Shown: piece by piece, positions 57,631-64,000 of the stretch
How positions within the stretch are numbered: the first letter of the stretch is position 1
Layout: every line of letters begins with the position of its first letter
Source: an uncultured Planctomycetota bacterium
GTDB lineage: Bacteria > Planctomycetota > Planctomycetia > Isosphaerales > Isosphaeraceae
Assembly (NCBI GenBank): GCA_963845755.1
Contig: CAWJTV010000024.1
Span: forward strand, 128,001-192,000
Length of the DNA: 64,000 nucleotides
Direction of reading: 5' to 3'
Translations under genes and position numbers: made by a program
Notes under the pieces: generated by a model
Databases searched by the model: none
The model's input: only the letters and a program-made list of their open reading frames with translations
Told to the model about the DNA's origin: nothing

Positions 57631-58875
57631 TCAGGCCAGGTGCCGATCGACCCTGGGGAGGAGCTGGGCGAAGTCCAGCTTGTTGGGGCAGGCGTCGCGA
57701 GCGGCCTCGAGGTCGGCGCCGGACCAGTCGCGGGCCTCGAGAGCCAGTGCGGCGTACTGGCGGCGCGCCTCGGCGCGGATGCCATGGTGCTCGTAATAGG
57801 TGAGGAACCGCGTCAGGTCGCCCAGCTCGGCCTTGGTGCCGGCGGCGACCGAGCATCGGCCGTCGCAGTCGGCGCAGAGCGTGGGGCCGAAGGCCAGCGC
57901 GGCGTCGCGAAGCTGCTCGATCTCCGCGGTCTTCATCGGCTCGTAGCGGCGGGCAGCGTCGGCGTCCTCGCGGAGCTGGTCGGTCGTCTTGATCGAGACG
58001 CACGACCCGCTGATCCGCTCGTCGGTCCAGATCGCGTGCAACAGGCCCTGGTAGGGCGTCAGCTTCTTCTCCGCCAACATCGGTGCCCGGCGCACGACCT
58101 CCTCCAGGACGTTGATCTTGGGCCGCGAGGGGAACTGGCCAGCCACCTGCTTCATCGAGATCAGGCCGATTCCCTTGGCGTGGCAGGCGTCGAGCGCCTT
58201 GTTGAGCGGGGCGTCCTTGTCGAGCCACGGGGTGTACTGGAGCATGATCGCGTTGACGATCCCCCCCTCGGCCGCCGCCTGGATGATTGCGGCGCGGTCG
58301 CGGTGGTGAGTCGAGAAGCCGAGGAACTTCGCCTTGCCCGACTTGCGGATCGCCTCGGCCGTCTCCTTGAACTCCTGGCTCTTCACGAAGTTGATGGCGG
58401 CGTCAAGGCCGTGGTCGTCGCCCATGCCGTGGATGAAGAACAGGTCGATGTAGTCGGTGGACAGGGCTTCCAGCCGGCGGTCGAGCATGGCCAGCAGGTC
58501 TTTCGGGGTGCGCGGGTTGTCCTTGGTGACCAGGACGATCTCTTTGCGGACATCGGGATTCTGCTCGAGCCACCTCTTGAAGCCGGGCTCGGAGCCATAA
58601 GCCCTGGCGGTGTCGAACGTGCGGACACCCTGGGCGTACGACTGGCGGATCAGCCGCTCGAGGGTACCGCGTTCGCGCAGGGCCCCGGTGCCCATCTCGA
58701 GCATCGTGATCTCGAGGCCGGTCTTGCCGAGCTTCCGCTTGGGCAGGACCGGCGTCCTGGCGGGGGCATCCTGCGCCTCCACGGTGGAAGACGCACCCAG
58801 GGCCGCGGCCGTGGCCAGCGCACCGGCCTGGAGGAACGCGCGGCGGTCGGTGCCGCTGGTCTGGTCGTGGGACAT
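57631..58875 (-). CDS. Tat-exported aldo/keto reductase with Cys-rich (putative Fe-S) C-terminus
   Basis: DRRAFLQ Tat motif, FDTARAY, VTK, DYIDLFFIH, GFSTH, CADCDGRC...ACPNKL. Confidence 0.88.
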   Translation of the reverse strand: MSHDQTSGTDRRAFLQAGALATAAALGASSTVEAQDAPARTPVLPKRKLGKTGLEITMLEMGTGALRERGTLERLIRQSYAQGVRTFDTARAYGSEPGFKRWLEQNPDVRKEIVLVTKDNPRTPKDLLAMLDRRLEALSTDYIDLFFIHGMGDDHGLDAAINFVKSQEFKETAEAIRKSGKAKFLGFSTHHRDRAAIIQAAAEGGIVNAIMLQYTPWLDKDAPLNKALDACHAKGIGLISMKQVAGQFPSRPKINVLEEVVRRAPMLAEKKLTPYQGLLHAIWTDERISGSCVSIKTTDQLREDADAARRYEPMKTAEIEQLRDAALAFGPTLCADCDGRCSVAAGTKAELGDLTRFLTYYEHHGIRAEARRQYAALALEARDWSGADLEAARDACPNKLDFAQLLPRVDRHLA

Positions 58876-59035
58876 GGCTTTCGACTCCTCGATAGATAAA
58901 GAACTTCGATACGAGTCTGCGCTCCCTGACGCAGGGATCATAGCACGCCCGGGCCGTTTTCGCACGACCGAGCTTCCCGGCAAGGAAGCCTCGCCGGTGT
59001 CGGTTTACTATCGCACGGCCGGTCCCGGCAGGTCT

Positions 59036-61492
59036 TCAACGGCTTCGATATTTGCTCTCGTGCCCGCCTTCGCTCTTCGTGCTCCCCGTCAACGCGGTCA
59101 GGAGTTTCTCGAGATCGCGGATGTCGACCGGCTTGACCAGGTGGCCGTCGCACCCCGCTTCCCGCGACTGGACGCGGTCTCCCGCCTGGCCCCAGCCGGT
59201 GAGTGCGATGATGATGATGGGCCGTCCCCACGGCTGCTGGCGGATCCGGCGCACGGCCTCGTAGCCATTGAGGCGCGGCATCCCCACGTCCATCAGGATG
59301 ACCTCGGGCCGAAATTCTTCGGCGGCCTCCAGCGACTCGAGGCCATCGTAAGCCGTGCGGACCTCGTTGCCGCGGAGCTTGAGCACCCTGGACATCGAAC
59401 GGGCCGAGTCCTGGTTGTCGTCCACCACCAGGATGCGCCAGCCGCGGTCATCGGTGGCCGGAGTGCGCTCGGGTTCGTCCTCGGCCACCCGTTCGAGGTG
59501 GGTCTCCAGGGCGGGTAACTGGACGGTGAACCGGCTTCCCTTTCCCGTGCCGGGACTCTCGGCCATGACGGTGCCGCCGTGCATCTCGACCAGCCCCTTC
59601 ACCAGCGCCAGTCCGATGCCCAGGCCGCCGGTGGTTCGCTCGATGCTGCGGTCCACCTGCGCGAACATGTCGAAGATGCTGTGCAAGGACTCGGCCGGGA
59701 TGCCGATCCCATTGTCGCGGACGGTGACGATGACATTCACCCCTTGTCGTTCGGCGGCGAGCCGGATGAGCCCCCCGCGCGGGGTGTACTTGGCGCTGTT
59801 GGTGAGCAGGTTGGCGAACACCTGGGCCAGGCGGGTCAGGTCGGCGTCGAGGCAGACCGGCTCCATCGGCAGCGACACGGTGAGTTCGTGCCCGGCCTCC
59901 TCAATGAGCGGGCGGGCGGTCTCCACCGCACTGCTGACGACGTCGGCCAATAGCACCCGGGACCGGCGCAGATCCATCTTGTCGCGGTTGATGCGGGAGA
60001 TGTCGAGCAGGTCGTCGATGAGCCGCACCATGTGCTCGAGCTGCCGCTCCATCATCCCTCGGACCTGGGTCTCGATGGTGGCGTCGCCTTCCGCGAGCCG
60101 CATGATCTGGAGGCCGTTGCGCAGGGGGGCCAGCGGGTTCCTCAACTCGTGGGCCAGGAGGGCGAGGAACTCGTCCTTCCGCCGGTCCTGCTCCCGCAGG
60201 ACGTCCTCCATCCGCCGCCGCTCCGTGACGTCGACGCCGGTGGCGGCCACGAAGAGGACGCGTCCCGCCTCATTCGTCACGGGGGCGAGGATGAGGTCCA
60301 CCACCCGCTCGGAACCGTCGGCCACGAAGTAGTCGGTCTCCGTGCGGAACTGCCTCCCACCGGCCGCACGGAGGGAGGCCGCACGGACCATGTCCATCAG
60401 GGGTTCCGACCGGTTCCACCAGCCGCAGTCCCAGAACGGCTTGCCGATGACCTCCTCGCGGCTGAACCCGCAGGCGTCGAGGCAGAGCCGGTTCGCCTCG
60501 ACCACCGTGCCGTCGAGGGCCAGCACGCCCGCGAAGTTCGTCCCCTGCTCGAAGAAGGCCCGGAACTTGGCGTTCGCCTCCGCGGCTCGTGCCGCCTCCA
60601 GCGCCGCCCGCCGGTAGCGCTCCTCGCTCTCCCGCAGGGCATCCGCGGCTCGCTTCCGCTCGGTGATGTCGCGGGCGATCTTCGACGCGCCGATGATCTG
60701 GCCCGCGTCATCGCGGATGGGCGAGACCGTCAGCGAGATATCGAGGTAGCGGCCGAGCTTGGACATGCGGACCGTCTCGAAGTGCTCGATCCGTTCCCCG
60801 CGGCAGAGTCGAGCCAGGATCTCGCGTTCCTCGTCGTGCCGCTCGGGTGGGATGATCAGGGTGATGGCTTGACCGACGGCCTCCTGGCGTGAGTATCCGA
60901 AAATTCGTTCGGCGCCGGCGTTCCATGAACGGATGACGCCGTCGAGCGTCTTGCTGACGATCGCATCGTCGGATGACTCGACGATGGCGGCCAGCCGCGC
61001 CCGCGCCACTTCCGCCCGCTTGTGCTCGGTGACGTCGCGGAAGACCAGGACCGCGCCCAGGAGAGCCCCCGACTCGCCGTGCATGGGGGCGGCGCTGTCG
61101 TCGATGGGCCGTTCGGTCCCATCTCGGGCGATGAGGACCGTGTGGTTGGCCAGCCCCCGGATCCTCCCGTCCCGCAAGGTACGGAGGGCGGGGTTCTCGA
61201 CCGGCTCGCGGGTGTGCGCGTTGACGATCTGGAAGATCTCTGGGAGGGGGCGGCCGGTCGCTTCGGCCAGCGGCCAGCCGGTCAGGGCCTCGGCGATGAC
61301 GTTCAGGAACGTGACCCGGCCCTCGGCATCGGTGCTGATCACGCCGTCGCCGATGCTGGAGAGCGCGATCCGCAACCACTCCGACTGCTTCTGCAACGCG
61401 TCTTCGGCACGCTGGCGAGCGAGGAGAATGCTCCTGGCATTCTGCATCGCGACGGAACGTAGCAGTTCCTCCTCGTCTTCGTGTGGAGTCAT
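59036..61492 (-). CDS. Cytoplasmic hybrid histidine kinase (3 PAS, HisKA, HATPase, receiver)
   Basis: LAHELRNPL, NLLTNSAKY, DNGIGI, GLGIGL, ILVVDDN, MDVGMP, LVKP. Start overlaps the upstream stop (TAATG). Confidence 0.93.
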   Translation of the reverse strand: MTPHEDEEELLRSVAMQNARSILLARQRAEDALQKQSEWLRIALSSIGDGVISTDAEGRVTFLNVIAEALTGWPLAEATGRPLPEIFQIVNAHTREPVENPALRTLRDGRIRGLANHTVLIARDGTERPIDDSAAPMHGESGALLGAVLVFRDVTEHKRAEVARARLAAIVESSDDAIVSKTLDGVIRSWNAGAERIFGYSRQEAVGQAITLIIPPERHDEEREILARLCRGERIEHFETVRMSKLGRYLDISLTVSPIRDDAGQIIGASKIARDITERKRAADALRESEERYRRAALEAARAAEANAKFRAFFEQGTNFAGVLALDGTVVEANRLCLDACGFSREEVIGKPFWDCGWWNRSEPLMDMVRAASLRAAGGRQFRTETDYFVADGSERVVDLILAPVTNEAGRVLFVAATGVDVTERRRMEDVLREQDRRKDEFLALLAHELRNPLAPLRNGLQIMRLAEGDATIETQVRGMMERQLEHMVRLIDDLLDISRINRDKMDLRRSRVLLADVVSSAVETARPLIEEAGHELTVSLPMEPVCLDADLTRLAQVFANLLTNSAKYTPRGGLIRLAAERQGVNVIVTVRDNGIGIPAESLHSIFDMFAQVDRSIERTTGGLGIGLALVKGLVEMHGGTVMAESPGTGKGSRFTVQLPALETHLERVAEDEPERTPATDDRGWRILVVDDNQDSARSMSRVLKLRGNEVRTAYDGLESLEAAEEFRPEVILMDVGMPRLNGYEAVRRIRQQPWGRPIIIIALTGWGQAGDRVQSREAGCDGHLVKPVDIRDLEKLLTALTGSTKSEGGHESKYRSR

Positions 61493-62553
61493 TAACCACC
61501 CCCGAGTCGTTCCCACGCAAGTTCCGTGCCGAGGACGCGAGCCCGGATCTTGGCGAAGGCCGTATCGCGGGTGGTGGACGTGTCGTCGCAGAACGGCGAG
61601 AAGCCGCAGTCGTCCGTCGTGCCCAGTTTCTCGGCCGGGAGGTACCGGGCCGCTTCGAGGACCCGGTCCCGGACTTCCTCCGGGGTCTCGATGCGCGGGT
61701 CGATCGGCGAGACGACACCGATGAAGACCCGCTGATCGGCCTTCATGTACCGGCGGATGATCTTCAGGACCCGGCCGCGGTCGCGCTCGCCGGCCAGCGC
61801 GATGTAGAAGTTCCCGACCATCAGCTCGAAGAGGCAGGGCAGCAGTTCGGCGTAGTCGACCTCCCCGCTGTGGGTGGAGTCGCGGTCGCTGCCGGGGCAC
61901 GTGTGGACGCCGATGCGCCGGCGCTCCTCGGCGGAGAACCGCGCCAGCGCCAGGTTGTTCAGGTCGATGAAGCGGTGGAGGAGATCCCCGGACGGGTCGA
62001 TCTTGACCGCCAGCCGACCCTCGGTGAAGTCGATCTGGACCTTGTGGGCACCTTTCCGCAGGCAGTTGCGGACCTCGGTCTCGTGCTCGTGCAGCAGGTC
62101 ATCGAGGAACTGCTCGCGCGGGTAACCGGGAATCTCCTCGGGCGGGTACATGAGGCTCAAGGCCGACGGCGAGATGACCGCCTGCTTCACCGGCACATGG
62201 GCGTACTTCAGGGCCATGTCCAGGTACTCGTCCGCGTACCGCCGGTAGCGGAACGGGCCTTCGGTCAGCCGCAGCATCCGCCGCGTATGACCGGCCGAGA
62301 AGGGGATCTTGAACCCGTCCGGAGTTGTGTTCGGCAACCCCTGTACGGAATAGGTCCAGAAGTTCTGGTACTTCCTCTGCTCGCCGTCGGTGATCACCGG
62401 CGAGCCGGTGGCCTCGAACCGCGCGATGGTGTCCCGGATCGCCTCCTCATAGAGCGGGTCCAAGCACGGGTCCGCGCCGTCGGTGGTCGTCAGCGCCTCG
62501 ATCAGGCGAAGGGGTCTTGGTATACTTCCAATCGGCTCGGTGGGAATCGTCAT
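61492..62553 (-). CDS. Single-barrel cobalamin-independent methionine synthase II-family (MetE-like) protein
   Basis: IGSIPRP, ITDGEQR, GVHTCPG, GVVSP...ETPEEV, DDCGFS, AFAKI. Confidence 0.88.
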   Translation of the reverse strand: MTIPTEPIGSIPRPLRLIEALTTTDGADPCLDPLYEEAIRDTIARFEATGSPVITDGEQRKYQNFWTYSVQGLPNTTPDGFKIPFSAGHTRRMLRLTEGPFRYRRYADEYLDMALKYAHVPVKQAVISPSALSLMYPPEEIPGYPREQFLDDLLHEHETEVRNCLRKGAHKVQIDFTEGRLAVKIDPSGDLLHRFIDLNNLALARFSAEERRRIGVHTCPGSDRDSTHSGEVDYAELLPCLFELMVGNFYIALAGERDRGRVLKIIRRYMKADQRVFIGVVSPIDPRIETPEEVRDRVLEAARYLPAEKLGTTDDCGFSPFCDDTSTTRDTAFAKIRARVLGTELAWERLGGG

Positions 62554-62686
62554 CGATGTGACTCGCTGGTCTTCGCGGTTCGGCTTCGGAAAACCTGTTC
62601 CTGCCGCTTCGTGGAACGATGTTGATTCTAGCAAGTTGTCGCGTGAGAAGGCAGTTCACCTTCACCAAGAGGTCGAGTCTTCCCAG

Positions 62687-63412
62687 GTGTCTTTCCCCCT
62701 GGCTTTTCTGCGAGAGCGGTGCCGGCAGCCCGAGTTGATGGACCAACCTGGACTGGAACTTGCCGACCATGCGCGCGCCCTCGAAGGCCTGGGACGAATC
62801 CACGCGCTGAGCGGGACTGTCACGGTACTCTGGCGCCCGATCGCCCGGATGGCGCGAACCCTGCGAGCCGAAGAGGGGACGCTCCGCGTCCTCGACGTGG
62901 CCACGGGAGGCGGCATCATTCCCCTCACCCTGGCGCGGTGCGCGGCACGGGCGGGGTTGGACGTGAGTGTTGATGGCTGCGACATCAATTCCCAGGCCGT
63001 CGAGCTGGCCCGGAAAGAGGCCGCGGCGTGGGGTGTCCCGACCCGGTTCTTCGTTCTCGATGCCTTGAGCCAGCCGCTTCCCCGGGACTACGATGTGGTG
63101 ACCTGTTCCTTGTTCTTGCACCATCTTGACGAGACGGACGCCATCGCGCTGCTGGGCCGGATGGCCGCGGCGGCCCGACGGCTGGTGCTGGTGGATGACC
63201 TGGTCCGGAGCCGTTGGGGTTACCTGCTGGCCCAGGTCGGTTGCCGATTACTCTCGGGCTCTCGAATTGTCCATGTGGATGGACCTCGATCGGTCGCTGC
63301 CGCGTTCACTCCCGGCGAGGCGCTCGCGCTGGCGGCAAGGGCCGGGCTCCCGCAAGCCGGGCTGATCCGCCACTGGCCGCAACGCTTCCTCCTGAGCGGG
63401 AGCACGACATGA
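62687..63412 (+). CDS. SAM-dependent methyltransferase (start uncertain)
   Basis: PELMD, VLDVATGGG, CSLFLHHL, DG..SV..AFT. Confidence 0.85.
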   Translation: MSFPLAFLRERCRQPELMDQPGLELADHARALEGLGRIHALSGTVTVLWRPIARMARTLRAEEGTLRVLDVATGGGIIPLTLARCAARAGLDVSVDGCDINSQAVELARKEAAAWGVPTRFFVLDALSQPLPRDYDVVTCSLFLHHLDETDAIALLGRMAAAARRLVLVDDLVRSRWGYLLAQVGCRLLSGSRIVHVDGPRSVAAAFTPGEALALAARAGLPQAGLIRHWPQRFLLSGSTT

Positions 63413-64000
63413 CGGAGCCCAGCCTGGCCCTTGCCGATGTCCCGGACCAGCTCTGGGACGTCATCGTCCTGGGAGCTGGTCCCGGGGGGGCCATCGCGGC
63501 CGGGCAACTGGCGCGGCGTGGGGCACGGACCTTGTTCGTGGACAAGAAGGCGTTCCCCCGCGGAAAAGTCTGTGGCGCCTGCCTGAACCTCTCGGCGCTG
63601 GACGCGCTGAGATCCGCGGGCCTGGGCGATCTGGCCGGCGATCTCGGCGGGACGCCGCTCGAGGCGATGGAACTGGCATTCGCCGGCCATTCCATCCGCC
63701 TGAAATTGCCGGGAGGGATCGCGCTTTCGCGGTTGCAGTTCGATGCCGCACTGGTGAATGCCGCCGTGGCCTCGGGCGCGACGTTCTTGCCGCAGACCGA
63801 AGGCCTGATTGGTCCGGTCCAGGGCGAGGCGCGGCGGGTCGCCCTGGTTCAAGATGGGCAGAGAGTCACGGCCCGGTCACGCGTCGTCATCGCCGCGACC
63901 GGCCTGGGGCAAGTCCGTTTCGTCGGTGAAGAAGGCGTCCGGAGCCAGCCCGCCGAGAGATCGCGAATCGGCGCCGGATGCCGTCTGAACATGGCTCCTG
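63409..64000 (+). CDS. FAD-dependent oxidoreductase (geranylgeranyl-reductase-like), truncated by window edge
   Basis: ATGA overlap with the methyltransferase. WDVIVLGAGPGG, DKKAFPRGKVCGACL, SRLQFDAALV. Confidence 0.85.
   Translation, partial: MTEPSLALADVPDQLWDVIVLGAGPGGAIAAGQLARRGARTLFVDKKAFPRGKVCGACLNLSALDALRSAGLGDLAGDLGGTPLEAMELAFAGHSIRLKLPGGIALSRLQFDAALVNAAVASGATFLPQTEGLIGPVQGEARRVALVQDGQRVTARSRVVIAATGLGQVRFVGEEGVRSQPAERSRIGAGCRLNMAP

Overview
High-GC DNA from a Planctomycetota genome, probably Isosphaeraceae-like. The evidence is three LEPRxLL-type secreted proteins plus DUF1559 and DUF1501 genes. It may come from a plasmid or secondary replicon. 1-8.5 kb is a mobile-element graveyard: a partial IS21 (istB with an in-frame TGA) abutting a DUF1670 remnant, an IS1182 element inserted in an S41 peptidase, a doubly deleted group II intron carrying an in-frame palindromic insert, a Uma2 nuclease and other remnants. 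8.5-11.3 kb is the most novel part: parA plus a small ribbon-helix-helix (RHH) partner, with a crisp inverted 8-bp repeat block between them and about 1.3 kb of degenerate 8-bp-periodic DNA upstream (candidate very long centromere). 11.8-39.1 kb encodes three giant secreted surface proteins: one of about 3,700 aa (Asp-box, P-domain, Ig, FG-GAP) and a 7.8-kb tandem duplication of about 2,490-aa Vgb-propeller/Ig-stalk proteins with diverged heads and near-identical stalks. 39-64 kb holds DmpA peptidase, a DUF5678-like/aspartyl-protease pair, DUF1559, amidohydrolase, DUF1501, an esterase-MarR-esterase operon, a GH99-like protein, an ABC operon with a STAS fusion, a Tat aldo/keto reductase, a MetE-like gene coupled to a PAS hybrid kinase, and the start of a methyltransferase/FAD-oxidoreductase cluster. 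About 11 small frameshifts in otherwise intact genes suggest long-read assembly errors. No rRNA, tRNA or CRISPR array was seen. Family assignments come from motif recognition, not database searches.
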